From assembly GCA_002269645.1 (NCBI GenBank), contig NIVC01002971.1, positions 1 through 64,000 of the forward strand: 64,000 nucleotides of DNA, given 5' to 3'. Below, one piece after another: positions 1 through 13,323 of this stretch; position 1 is the stretch's first letter; every line of letters begins with the position of its first letter. The notes below the pieces were generated by a model. It was not told where the DNA came from, made no database searches, and saw only the letters and a program-made list of their open reading frames with translations. Both the position numbers and the translations under genes were made by a program. The stretch comes from Macrostomum lignano. Taxonomy: Eukaryota.

Positions 1-113
1 TGAGAAAAGGAGAAGAAATTAGCAAAAAGCTGAGAAGAGATGCAAACCTTGAGCGGGCTGGATTGTTATTGGCATGGGAAGTTAGAAAGGACCCGAGGGC
101 GGATAGAGAGACT

Positions 114-155
114 GCGGGCCGCATGTGGCCCGTGGGCTGGAGTTTGCTGACCCTG
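114..155 (-). mobile_element. Terminus of a hAT-family (Charlie/Ac-like) non-autonomous element
   Basis: Reverse complement reads CAGGGTCAGCAAACTCCAGCCCACGGGCCACATGCGGCCCGC, the typical CAGGG..CAAAC..GGCCC.CGGGCC..ATGCGGCCC end of hAT MITEs. The partner end is not in the window. Confidence 0.55.
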
Positions 156-1019
156 CAGCCTGCAGTAGGCTATGCATGACGGGCCCAGTTAACTGCATAA
201 TGGCAAATAAGAGACATGGGAGATTGGAGATAGGAGACTGTCTCCCCTGTTCCCCTTCATTTATCTCCCCGATTACGAGTAGGGCACAGTCACTCAGTCA
301 CATTTTGATACATAGACATAGATATTTTCTCAGTTTTCATATTCATAGGCGGTCAGAGCTCAAATGGGACAGGTCATGAATAAATAACAATCTAACCCCC
401 GCCTTGTCATTTTTCCGGATGAATAAATCCACTGAATCATAAAGGTTTCAAAGTGCATTTGCGTTCTCATGACAGTTTTTGCCACTCAATTATTCTAGTC
501 TTACTGAATCCCCGAGTTAACAGAAAATTATAGCTCGGCGCACGTCCGCCAGCTTGAATATTCTCGCTATATTGTTCTCTATTTGCGATCGTCTTTTACA
601 ACCCGACATCAATAAAACCGTGTGGGCTTTATCTCTCATTAACAGAAATCTCTCATCAATTATAGCCTGTATAAAGCTTACTCATTTAGAGTTGCTCTTA
701 GAAAAATGTTTTGAATTTCCTGGCCAGTGGCAATAACCCGTAATGACAGGGCAATGCAAGGAATTATTTTAACCTAGAGGTGACAGCTAATTTTGGCCAA
801 TTCATTTCAGTTGGGGTGGGGGGTTAGAAGAAAGGCTAGAGAAGTGATATGGGAATTTCTACGTTGTACCGTTCTTGCCTGCTTAAGCGAACCTATGCGA
901 AACAAACAAACTGTCCTGACTCCTTATCAGTGCAGGTCATCAAGTTTTTCTATTCCCATATTGCACCAAAGATAAAGGAAGAACAAAGACGAATTTCGTG
1001 CGAGGCTTGACAAGGTCTG

Positions 1020-1023
<4 letters not shown>

Positions 1024-1081
<58 letters not shown>
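1024..1081. repeat. (TA)n microsatellite
   Basis: Direct reading. Confidence 0.98.
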
Positions 1082-1082
<1 letters not shown>

Positions 1083-1835
1083 TTACAACCTAGCATAAAC
1101 ACATAAATACTTTGATACGGAAAGTATTGATTCGATCTGACCTAAAATAGGTGCCAGCAAAAGAAAGAAAATATTCATAGCATTTTATATGTGCTTAAAA
1201 GTAAAACCAGATGGTAACAGATGGAAATTGCAGTTGTGCAGCTAGTTGATTATTATCAATGGGATAAGTAAAATATTACAAAAATTCTGTTGGCTTGAAT
1301 TGGAGGTAGGAATACTGTATACAATACCATTAGTATTTCATATACTGGGGTTTAAGAAAATAAATCCCCCATTTCAGCCGCATCACCTCCCACTAAGTTT
1401 CCGGCCCCTCCACCCCTCCTACACAGTTTTGAGCTAAATTACCCCTCCGGCCTCTATAACACCGAATTTTAAGCTGTACCTAATTCTAGGGTTCAAGAAT
1501 GTAAACAATAAAGATAGAAGCAATATAATCAGTCTCTAAAATAACTCCAGTTCATGAATGACCGATCGCCAGGCTTGTAGTAAACTCGTGAAACTGCGGA
1601 TCCTAAAAGTAAAGATAAAATGGCAGTTTGCGATCGAGTATGCATCGTAATATACTAATATTTAACTCACAATCTACAATCATGTCTGCGTGTTGAAGCT
1701 GAGAACATATACAGGAAGAAATTGCAGAATTGCAGAATACAGGGAATACGAGAATCGAGATAGAAGGAAATCGGATTGATATAAAAAACAGAGAAAGATA
1801 TTTTTAGTACTCACTTGCGACTCACGCGTCCTACA

Positions 1836-3863
1836 TCAGGCCTCCTCGGAGTCACCTGTCAGAGGAATGACAAAAAAATGGCTTGCTGGATCCCTGTCCG
1901 CTCCAGCAAGATTGGCAAGCAGATTCGCAGGCAAAATCCAGCACTTTCGCTCAGGTGTGCCAGTTAGAACACCAGATGTCATCCTGTACAAGCCGATTCC
2001 CAGACGCAAAGATGGATATGGGTTGGCGTAGATGTTGTCAACTGGGTGTAAAATCCTGCCAGTGACTTGATTAGCTTCACTTACAGCTTCGATTAGGACG
2101 CATACTTTGTCGATTATGCAACAATTATCACCTCGCTTTGTGCTGAATTTCAACGGTGGAATGCGCTGCTCATTCAACAGAAGATCGCGAACTCTGAGCA
2201 CCTGCTTAACTGAATGCGCTGCCATGTGCCTTGTCACCTTTACGCGGCGCTTTACAGATCCAAGAAAGTTTTCGAAAGGGAAAGTCGAAAAGTTGTTTAA
2301 ACTGCCTAGCTTTCGGACAAACTCATCCAAATGAAGAATAGTGTGAAGATTGAAACTTATAAACTTCTGGCCGTAAAGATGGGCAGCCCGTTCAACAAAA
2401 ACTTCAATGCAAGTTTTTGCCTGCGTCCACCACTTGGAGTACCTTTCGTTGGAGTATGCGTAAATGGCGAAATGGAGGTAAAGAAAGTGGTTATACCTTT
2501 CTTCATTTAAAATGCCTTTGAAGAGGACAGGTCCTAGGTACAGCAAGTACTGTCTGAATTCAGTAGCCTTCATGTGCTTTAGTTCCAAGTCGATTTTCCG
2601 GGGTCTTCGTTGAAAGTTTGAAGGTGTCCAACCGGCAGCCATAGTAATTCGGTCGCCCAATAGGCTCATCGGACCGGGATAGACGAGACACTTCTTGCCA
2701 TTAGATTTGTCGAAAAATAGGTAAAATAGCTTCCTTGTGACTCCAAGGCAGACGGCATGCTGGTAGTCAGGGGGAAAAGCATCGACAAAACTAATGTTAG
2801 GCAAATTTAGAAGGGGCGATAGAGCGATTTTTTTATTTTCCTGGTTAGACTCCTTTCCCTCTCGGTATTGTTGGCTGCTACGAGACTCCCCGACGCTCGT
2901 TGAAAATGTTACTCTGTTGTCGGTATAAGGTCCAGTAGCCCTGCAGTACATGCAACCGACGTACGACATGTGCCCTTGAGTTACTGAGACCCAGGCTCGA
3001 GCAGGCGCATCGCAAACAAATCGGATAGTCGAGAAGCTGATGCTTAAATTTTCGATAATTTTAATGGGACCCGTAAGAAAACGTTTAGCCTCGTCGCAAA
3101 ATTGTCGAAGATAATCATTCAGAGGTGGCTTGCCACAACCAGCCCATACGGCTACTGGAAAAGGTCTGCTGAATACGCTGGGAATAGACATTAGTATGGG
3201 CCAAAGACCGAAGTGGCTTGCTCGGTACAAAGGCAAGCCGTCAAAATTAACGATGGCTTCAATTTTGTAAACCTTCTCAGTTTCACTATCGTGTTGTAGA
3301 TATTCTGGCCTAATGTGCAGCTGGTTTTTGCGAAACATTAGTTCTAGATTTTTCAGAATCGAAATGTAGCGAAAATGGCCTTTTCCCATGGACTCCAATT
3401 TTTCCGTTGGATCGCCAGCATTGATGACGGCCTCAATAGAGTTGACAGACTTCGGCGCAGGCAAGCCTATGTCTCTTAGACCATCAACAAGGAATTTTTT
3501 AGATCCACGACTTAGGTTGAAACAAGAAAAGTAGACTACCAGCAAGGCGAATATTTTATCTTCTAAAGAGCGGTCATCCTCTTTCTTGTCAATCTCCTCA
3601 TCTTCATCGCTGCAAACTCGCGCGAACTCGTCAAAATCAGGATAGCTGCCATTGTCGTTGCCAAGATCTGGATCAGTACCTTCATTGATTTCTGCTACAG
3701 AGGACTCCGAAGCGATGAAACCGGCGACTCTCCCAGAATCATCTGCTTCGACTACTTTTCTTTTTTTCTCTTGCAGTGCGATGTCTTCCAAAGCTTCTTG
3801 TTCTCCTTCCATGAACAAGCCCAGCAAATCCTTATTTGCTTGTCGCCTCAATTGCCTTGTCAT
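1836..3863 (-). CDS. CMC/CACTA(EnSpm)-type DDE transposase, 675 aa, apparently intact
   Basis: Uninterrupted ORF with family motifs NFDGLPL (D1), LWPIL, FVCDAPAR (D2), GHxSYxGCxYC, DYQHAVCLGV (DxxH), KATEFRQYLLYLGPV, NLHxxLHL and FSTFPFENFLG (E). Confidence 0.85.
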   Translation of the reverse strand: MTRQLRRQANKDLLGLFMEGEQEALEDIALQEKKRKVVEADDSGRVAGFIASESSVAEINEGTDPDLGNDNGSYPDFDEFARVCSDEDEEIDKKEDDRSLEDKIFALLVVYFSCFNLSRGSKKFLVDGLRDIGLPAPKSVNSIEAVINAGDPTEKLESMGKGHFRYISILKNLELMFRKNQLHIRPEYLQHDSETEKVYKIEAIVNFDGLPLYRASHFGLWPILMSIPSVFSRPFPVAVWAGCGKPPLNDYLRQFCDEAKRFLTGPIKIIENLSISFSTIRFVCDAPARAWVSVTQGHMSYVGCMYCRATGPYTDNRVTFSTSVGESRSSQQYREGKESNQENKKIALSPLLNLPNISFVDAFPPDYQHAVCLGVTRKLFYLFFDKSNGKKCLVYPGPMSLLGDRITMAAGWTPSNFQRRPRKIDLELKHMKATEFRQYLLYLGPVLFKGILNEERYNHFLYLHFAIYAYSNERYSKWWTQAKTCIEVFVERAAHLYGQKFISFNLHTILHLDEFVRKLGSLNNFSTFPFENFLGSVKRRVKVTRHMAAHSVKQVLRVRDLLLNEQRIPPLKFSTKRGDNCCIIDKVCVLIEAVSEANQVTGRILHPVDNIYANPYPSLRLGIGLYRMTSGVLTGTPERKCWILPANLLANLAGADRDPASHFFVIPLTGDSEEA

Positions 3864-4221
3864 TGTTTTCGTCCGAATCAGACTTTGATGATAGTTGACT
3901 GTTGTAATAAAGTAATTACTACGATTGCTTATTTCGTATTAAAGAAAGTATATGAACAAAAGCTGGGAAGAATTGAAAACTATTCCTTTGGGGGTTTGTG
4001 CGCGCTGATTGGACAGGCATGGGTGCGGGGACGGTAGGGCCAATGAAATTGGAAAAGCCATTGCGGCCTTTTTCATTCGAAGAACTATAGAAGACAATTG
4101 CTTCTAGAAGCAACCTAAACCACTGAATCATTAAATAAGCATAAACTATAGTGTGAGCTCCAAACTCTTGCTTTATTTGGTACTCAGTTTTGCACTAGCA
4201 TAGTCTAGTCTGCATGCTACA

Positions 4222-7170
4222 ATGAAGTTTTTAGTGATCTTTAAAGACGACCGTCAAATTGTTGAGGTCCCGGAAAGCGAACTGAAGCTTCCTGAAGGCT
4301 TTCAAAACCTTAAGGAAGAGGAATGGTTAGAAAAGAGGGACTCCACTGAGAAGTGGAAGTGTGAAGCCTTGTATGAAGGCTGTTTTTACTCTGCTCTAAT
4401 TATTCAGGTAAGCAACCGATCCCAACGATATTTGAAATGTTAAAATTCTTGAATCGATCTAATATTTGTACGCTCATATTTTCTCATTAATTTAAAGGTA
4501 ATACTAAGCAACAACCTAGAGCCTGGGAGCTTCCGCTTTGTGCGTGAATTGGTGGCCAAAAAGACCCGACTGAACCGAATTCTCGAGTTGGTTCAACCCA
4601 GAGTCTTTCAGGAGCGTGACATGAAGAAAGCACGAAGGCATTACCAGACTAAGGTAAAATTAAGCACAGCCCATATAATTTTTATCGAGAACTTTGTTTT
4701 CTCCGTTTTACCTTTTAAACTAATTTTTAAGAAAAGGGAAGAAATTAAATGTGAGAATAATCTTTAAAACTGACATTACCTTGATAATTTCTCATGCCGT
4801 AACCATCCCAAACAGAATCTGTCAGACGGCTCAGCCACCGATTCCGAGGCAATCTTCGAAGATAAGAGCAGCCGCTGTTTGCAACCTCCAGCTTTGCTGC
4901 CTAAACAACATCCGCCTACGATTGCACAGTTAGCGCCAATGCCTCCTATTAGTGATGATGAAGCAGAAGCTGGCGTAGACGCCGATATGGAAGCTGAGGC
5001 GGAAGCTGAAGTGGAAGCTGAGGTGGAAGCTGAGGTGGAAGCTGAGGCGGAAGCTGAAGTGGAAGATGAGGCGGAAGCTGAAGTGGAAGCTGAGGCGGAA
5101 GCTGAAGTGGAAGCTGAGGTGGAAGCTGAGATCGGAGCTGAGGTGGAAGCTGAGATGGGAGCTGAGGCGGAAGCTGAGGCGGAAGCTGAGGTGGAAGCTG
5201 AGATGGGAGCTGAGGTGGAAGCTGAGGCGGAAGCTGAAATAGAAGCTGAGTTCGTAGCAGATGATCGATCGACGATTCCTAAGTCGCCTCCCACCATTTC
5301 ATCTTTTAATTTTGGTTCTGGCTTTCTTAGAAAACTAGAAGAGCAGATCCAAGCCGGTGTTAGCTTTGAGCTGGAAAGTCCAAGAGGCATCAAGTTTCTG
5401 TCCTTATATGCCCTACGCGAACTTACTATGCGCAAGAATGAATTGAAAGCATTAGAAAATGGTTTGACCAAACAAATCACCGCAATGCGCACTGAAGTGC
5501 AGAGCGTGCTACGCTTTTTGGTACCGGTTGGCGCTGACATTCCAACTGATAATTCTGAGCCTTCATTCTGGCCGATCAACTCCTGGGAAAAATATGTGCA
5601 ATTCGCTTCCAATCCAAATGAATATATTTCTACTTTGGTAAGTTCATGACTGAGTTTTTTATTTTCTTTTCATTAAAAGAAATGCTCTAACTACTACTCA
5701 AAGCGCACTAGTACTATCACTGTGAAATAACAATCTATAAGTATTCTCACCTGTAAAAATCTAAACAGAAGAGCCTGCTACGTTCATGCAAGCGAGACAA
5801 GTGGTCCGATGCTTTAATGGCAATGCTTAACGAGAGCTTGTCGAAAGAGATGCAGGCGGTTATTAATTTAATCGGGTCAGACATGCGAAGCCGAGCTGTT
5901 GCTGCTGGAGTTGCGACCAACCTTGCTGATGCGCAGCTTGGATTTCAGAGCACTCTGCTCAGCCATTTCCAAAGTAAGTCTACTTAATCAACGTTCAATG
6001 AGACTTTTAAAGCTAAATATCAAGAAATTAGTCGAGCACAGCGCATGCTATTCATAGTAACTTTCAACTTTTTTCCTAACAGAAGCAATCACATTCATCT
6101 ATGGCGCGACCGCTGAAGCCGGCAGGCCCTCTGAACAATCTGTAAGAAATACTTGCAGACAGCAGCTAAAGCATGGCGGTGACCGATTAAAGGGGCGGTC
6201 GCATCGCACAGGAAGCCAGCTGCTTTCCGGAGTCCAGACTCAAAGCCCCGCTTCTGACAGCACCGTACAAAGACAGTCTCTGGTGGCAGCGACTCCAAGC
6301 CCCGCTTCTGGCAGCGCCGTACAAAGACAGTCTCTGGTGGCAGCGACTCAAAGTCCCGCTTCTGGCAGCGCTGTGCAAAGACGATCTCTGGTGGCAGCGA
6401 CTCAAAGTCCCGCTTCTGGCAGCGCCGTGCAAAGACAGTCTCTGGTGGCAGCGACTCCAAGCCCCGCTTCTGGCAGCGCCGTGCAAAGACAGTCTCTGGT
6501 GGCAGCGACTCCAAGCCCCGCTTCTGGCAGCGCCGTGCAAAGACAGTCTCTGGTGGCAGCGACTCCAAGCCCCGCTTCTGGCAGCGCCGTGCAAAGACAG
6601 TCTCTGGTGGCAGCGACTCAAAGCCCCGCTTCTGGCAGCGCCGTGCAAAGACAGTCTCTGGTGGCAGCGACTCAAAGTCCCGCTTCTGGCAGCGCCGTGC
6701 AAAGACAGTCTCTGGTGGCAGCGACTCAAAGTCCCGCTTCTGGCAGCGCCGTGCAAAGACACAGCCATTCATCTTCTTTTTCCCTAGTGAGTAAAAACGT
6801 ATCTAAACTGAATAATGAACGATGAATACGATGATTGATAAGCATTAAATACTACTGTCAGTAAGATAAAATGTGCATGCAGTAATTTTTTGTTTTCTTT
6901 CCAATGTCACAGACACCATCGCGACTATCAGCGGGAGAAGTGCCGCCAGCGGTGACAGCAAAGCCGAGCTCCCAATCCAGAAAGCGAGCGAGTATTCAGT
7001 TGGATTCTCAGCCTCGAAAGCGGAACAACCATCGCCCCCGTTCAGCAAAGTCAAAAAACAACTACCGCACTGACTGCTCTCTCGAATCTGATGACGAAAC
7101 CGAATCAAGTGGATCAAACTGGTCCGAAGATCAGCGAGAGCTGGGTGATGGACAATTTAAAATCTTCTAA
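4222..7170 (+). CDS. Spliced accessory gene of the transposon (DUF4806-like), ~776 aa, 6 exons
   Basis: GT-AG exons that join in frame: 4222-4407, 4498-4653, 4816-5637, 5769-5973, 6083-6786, 6913-7170. Contains an acidic (AEAEVE)n tract, a coiled-coil region, WPINSWE and [13 protein letters not shown] motifs reminiscent of DUF4806 proteins, then 18-aa repeats. Head-to-head with the transposase across a ~360-bp gap. Confidence 0.7.
4985..5250 (+). repeat. Coding 12-bp-based minisatellite (GAAGCTGAG-based) encoding (EAEA/EAEV)n
   Basis: Direct reading inside exon 3 of the accessory gene. Confidence 0.9.
6237..6760 (+). repeat. 54-bp coding tandem repeat (~9.5 copies) encoding [18 protein letters not shown]
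   Basis: Period of 54 (e.g. GACTC at 6291 and 6345); in frame within exon 5. Confidence 0.92.
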
Positions 7171-8084
7171 TTATGAGAGCACGTATTTTACGAGTAAATG
7201 CTGTCACAAAATGATTCTAAAACTGACATTCTTTCAACACCTTTGTTGCCAACTATTTTTCGTTCTAATATTGTGTTTTAATATCAGTTCCATTTAACTT
7301 CGCTAAATAAATTCAAATTTCATTAGATTTAAGTTTCTTATTCGATTTCATTCATAGACTCAAACTAATTTTCTAAAAAACTGCAAAAAATTCACAAAAG
7401 GCAAACTTCGTAAGCAAGTAGCAGCAAGGTTGTTTAAATTTATAATGGAAGAGACAATTGCTTAAAAAAATCAGATAGCTCTGAAAATTATTTGGAAATA
7501 AATTCAATTTTGAAACAACCAGAAAGCTAGCCTGCTGCCAGAGAAAAATATATCAGTAAAAGCCATGCATACTACTGTTAGTAGAGTAAACCAATTCTTG
7601 CCTTAATTTATTGGGCAGTCCACCGGGCGCCGGGTATAAGGCCGGCGCCCCGACTGGACAAAGAGTGCGCCCCGCTACCGGCCACAGGCCACCGGGCGCC
7701 GCGGTCTGCGCACCCTTGGGCGTACCAGAATTTCCCACTGGGATAACAGGGAGATTAGGTAGGCTTTACTCGTGAAGGCTATTCCATGCTACTGAAAACT
7801 TATTTGTTTTAGAAGCTTCAGCAAATTACAGAGATTGTCAGAAAACTGGATATCAGGCGTTTTGCTTTTCTTTCAAGCATCTTAATCTCTAAGAAACAAA
7901 CACCACGATGACTGTACAATGCTTTTTTGCATGTAGCTTTTTTAATCTGAATTTTTTCTTCTTTCTTGCCTCTCCTACGGCCTAAGATTGGCAGCCTGTA
8001 ACTCAAATCCTTTTGGACCCACACAGATTCCAACCCAAGCCCTTCATGACGCAAAGCGATGCGCTTCAGCTCTTCCATCTTCAG

Positions 8085-11000
8085 CTGATACTGATGCTGA
8101 TGCTGATACTGATGCTGATGCTGATGCTGATACTGATGCTGATGCTGATACTGATGCTGATACTGATACTGATGCTGATACTGATACTGATGCTGATACT
8201 GATACTGATGCTGATACTGATACTGATGCTGATACTGATACTGATGCTGATACTGATACTGATGCTGATACTGATACTGATACTGATACTGATACTGATA
8301 CTGATGCTGATACTGATACTGATACTGATACTGATACTGATACTGATACTGATACTGATACTGATACTGATGCTGATGCTGATACTGATACTGATGCTGA
8401 TACTGATACTGATACTGATACTGATACTGATACTGATGCTGATACTGATACTGATACTGATGCTGATACTGATACTGATGCTGATACTGATACTGATACT
8501 GATACTGATACTGATACTGATGCTGATGCTGATACTGATACTGATGCTGATACTGATACTGATGCTGATGCTGATACTGATACTGATACTGATACTGATG
8601 CTGATACTGATACTGATACTGATACTGATGCTGATACTGATACTGATACTGATACTGATACTGATGCTGATACTGATACTGATGCTGATACTGATACTGA
8701 TACTGATGCTGATACTGATGCTGATACTGATGCTGATACTGATGCTGATACTGATACTGATGCTGATACTGATACTGATGCTGATACTGATACTGATGCT
8801 GATACTGATACTGATGTTGATACTGATACTGATGCTGATACTGATACTGATGCTGATACTGATACTGATACTGATACTGATACTGATGCTGATACTGATA
8901 CTGATACTGATACTGATACTGATGCTGATACTGATACTGATACTGATGCTGATACTGATACTGATACTGATGCTGATACTGATACTGATGCTGATACTGA
9001 TACTGATGCTGATGCTGATACTGATACTGATGCTGATACTGATACTGATACTGATACTGATGCTGATACTGATACTGATACTGATGCTGATACTGATACT
9101 GATACTGATGCTGATACTGATACTGATGCTGATACTGATACTGATGCTGATACTGATACTGATACTGATACTGATACTGATACTGATGCTGATGCTGATA
9201 CTGATACTGATACTGATACTGATGCTGATACTGATACTGATGCTGATGCTGATACTGATACTGATACTGATGCTGATACTGATGCTGATACTGATACTGA
9301 TGCTGATACTGATACTGATACTGATGCTGATACTGATACTGATGCTGATACTGATACTGATGCTGATACTGATACTGATGCTGATACTGATACTGATACT
9401 GATACTGATACTGATACTGATACTGATGCTGATACTGATACTGATACTGATGCTGATACTGATACTGATGCTGATACTGATACTGATACTGATGCTGATA
9501 CTGATACTGATACTGATGCTGATACTGATACTGATGCTGATGCTGATACTGATACTGATGCTGATACTGATACTGATGCTGATACTGATACTGATGCTGA
9601 TACTGATACTGATGCTGATACTGATACTGATACTGATGCTGATACTGATACTGATACTGATGCTGATACTGATACTGATGCTGATGCTGATACTGATACT
9701 GATGCTGATACTGATACTGATACTGATGCTGATACTGATACTGATACTGATGCTGATACTGATACTGATGCTGATGCTGATACTGATACTGATGCTGATA
9801 CTGATACTGATGCTGATACTGATACTGATACTGATACTGATACTGATGCTGATACTGATACTGATGCTGATACTGATACTGATGCTGATACTGATACTGA
9901 TGCTGATACTGATACTGATGCTGATACTGATACTGATGCTGATACTGATACTGATGCTGATACTGATACTGATACTGATGCTGATACTGATACTGATGCT
10001 GATACTGATACTGATGCTGATACTGATGCTGATACTGATACTGATACTGATACTGATACTGATACTGATGCTGATACTGATACTGATACTGATACTGATA
10101 CTGATGCTGATACTGATACTGATGCTGATACTGATGCTGATGCTGATACTGATACTGATGCTGATACTGATACTGATACTGATACTGATACTGATACTGA
10201 TGCTGATACTGATACTGATGCTGATACTGATACTGATGCTGATACTGATACTGATACTGATGCTGATACTGATACTGATGCTGATGCTGATACTGATACT
10301 GATGCTGATACTGATACTGATACTGATACTGATACTGATACTGATGCTGATACTGATACTGATGCTGATACTGATACTGATGCTGATACTGATACTGATA
10401 CTGATACTGATACTGATACTGATACTGATGCTGATGCTGATACTGATGCTGATACTGATGCTGATACTGATACTGATGCTGATGCTGATACTGATACTGA
10501 TGCTGATACTGATACTGATGCTGATACTGATACTGATACTGATACTGATACTGATACTGATGCTGATACTGATACTGATGCTGATACTGATACTGATGCT
10601 GATACTGATACTGATACTGATGCTGATACTGATACTGATACTGATGCTGATACTGATACTGATGCTGATACTGATACTGATACTGATACTGATACTGATA
10701 CTGATGCTGATACTGATACTGATGCTGATACTGATACTGATGCTGATACTGATGCTGATACTGATACTGATACTGATACTGATGCTGATGCTGATACTGA
10801 TGCTGATACTGATGCTGATACTGATACTGATGCTGATGCTGATACTGATACTGATGCTGATACTGATACTGATGCTGATGCTGATACTGATGCTGATGCT
10901 GATGCTGATACTGATACTGATGCTGATACTGATACTGATACTGATACTGATACTGATGCTGATACTGATACTGATGCTGATACTGATACTGATACTGATG

Positions 11001-11783
11001 CTGATACTGATACTGATGCTGATGCTGATACTGATACTGATGCTGATACTGATACTGATGCTGATACTGATACTGATGCTGATACTGATACTGATACTGA
11101 TGCTGATACTGATACTGATGCTGATGCTGATACTGATACTGATGCTGATACTGATACTGATGCTGATGCTGATGCTGATACTGATGCTGATGCTGATGCT
11201 GATACTGATACTGATGCTGATACTGATACTGATGCTGATACTGATACTGATACTGATGCTGATGCTGATACTGATGCTGATACTGATACTGATGCTGATA
11301 CTGATACTGATACTGATGCTTATACTGATACTGATGCTGATACTGATGCTGATACTGATACTGATACTGATACTGATGCTGATGCTGATACTGATACTGA
11401 TACTGATGCTGATACTGATACTGATACTGATGCTGATACTGATGCTGATACTGATACTGATACTGATACTGATACTGATACTGATACTGATGCTGATACT
11501 GATACTGATACTGATACTGATACTGATACTGATACTGATGCTGATACTGATACTGATGCTGATGCTGATACTGATACTGATACTGATGCTGATACTGATA
11601 CTGATACTGATGCTGATACTGATACTGATGCTGATACTGATACTGATACTGATACTGATACTGATGCTGATACTGATACTGATGCTGATACTGATACTGA
11701 TACTGATACTGATGCTGATACTGATACTGATGCTGATACTGATACTGATACTGATACTGATACTGATGCTGATACTGATACTG
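8085..11783. repeat. 3.7-kb hexamer microsatellite (GATACT/GATGCT)n
   Basis: Direct reading. The three ~1250-aa ORFs here are artefacts of the repeat. Confidence 0.98.
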
Positions 11784-12219
11784 TCGTGATACTCTTGTGT
11801 TATAAAATAATCAAAGACAAGCACAATCGATATGATGCCATGACAAAACTGGTTCTCAATTTACTTCATTTATAATCTTGACTATGCATTTTTGCTGGTG
11901 ATATTAAAGTAAAAAGTCCAGTTGTTTCGTTGAAAAGTCAGTTTTGTTGTACCAAAGTTCAAGCAACAGAGCTCGGCTGCAATCTATAGGGTAAGCTACC
12001 CTTAGTTTGGTAGGGTAGCTCGTAGCTGAGTTTTTAAGCTGAGTTCGGGAACTGGAGACGACACACTACAGCAATAATAGGGTGGTTACAAGGACCACTG
12101 AAGTCACTTCGTTAAACTTCTTCTTCTTCTTAAGTAGTCCTTGTGTGGTTATTGGTGAATTTCGACTTAAAGTTTAAGACGAAACAGTTACTTGATAGCT
12201 ACGTGCGTGTACAAACACT

Positions 12220-12602
<383 letters not shown>

Positions 12603-12761
12603 CTAATACTAGCTACTGAAAAACTACGTTTTGGTTGAACTACGCTCGTAGCTACTTAATTTTTTCATTAACAACAAGCATATTGCATTCTTACTTAGAT
12701 GGTCGATTAAACCAGTTCCTTCAATGTATAATATGACATAAAGTTATAGATCAGATTTTTA

Positions 12762-13209
12762 CAACAACAACAACAACAAAGTACACTGGATAGTCTCTAG
12801 TGTCACAGGGCGCGTCTCAAGGCCAGAGTGCGAACATAGGCCGCTCCGCCGGCAGAGTCCGGGGCGCCGGCGTCAGCAAGCAGGCAGTCGACGAAACGCC
12901 GAGTGCGCGCCTGTCCTCGCCGGTAGGGTGCCTGCAGCTTGAGCAGCAGCACCTCCTGCACCGGCTGTGGGCAGTACGACTCGGCGCGGATGATATGACC
13001 TGCCAGCTGGAGTCGCCGACGGCGCAGCAGGTCACTTGGACGGGCCAGGCCGGCGCGGCGATAGAGTGCCGCGTTGGTGACTTGCTTGTCGCCGATCTTG
13101 AAGGCGGCGCGCAGCAGGCCAGCGTGGGCTGCGTCGACTTGATGTTCGAGCGAGTCTGACAGCGTCCAGGTCTCGGCGTTGTAAAGCAGGACGGTTTCGA
13201 CTACCGCCG
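12762..13209 (-). mobile_element. 5'-truncated RTE-like non-LTR retrotransposon (3' end of ORF2) with (TTG)n tail and 8-bp TSD
   Basis: Post-RT motifs VLLYNAETW, VTNAALY, RRRRLQLAGHIIR and RRGQARTRRFVDCLLADAG. (ACA)n at 12762-12779 is the 3' tail on the - strand. TSD GATTTTTA at 12754-12761 and 13210-13217. Confidence 0.85.
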
Positions 13210-13323
13210 GATTTTTAGTATACTGGATGGTAACAGCCATTAAAGCAAAAGCGACACAACAGGTAAAGGGAGATCAGGTATGTGACATTGACGAAAGCTC
13301 GTCCGATTTTTCCGCAAGTCATT

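Larger units (their letters stand above)
1836..7742. mobile_element. CMC/CACTA-like DNA transposon (right end ...CCCACTGGG at 7742; left end not located)
   Basis: Transposase plus accessory gene. GC-rich subterminal region 7620-7742 with repeated GGCGCC/CCACCGGGCGCCG motifs, ending in CTGGG (CCCAG-type terminus). Confidence 0.65.

Noticed and set aside
722-745. Candidate left TIR of the CACTA-like element (GCCAGTGGCAATA)
   Set aside because: Only a partial match to CCCAGTGGGAAAT, with no subterminal repeats and no TSD.
7988-11875. Three ~1250-1295-aa ORFs
   Set aside because: They are entirely products of the hexamer microsatellite, with no complexity or splice context.
12803-13240. 145-aa ORF as an independent gene
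   Set aside because: The first 10 codons come from host flank beyond the TSD; the rest is a truncated LINE ORF2 tail.
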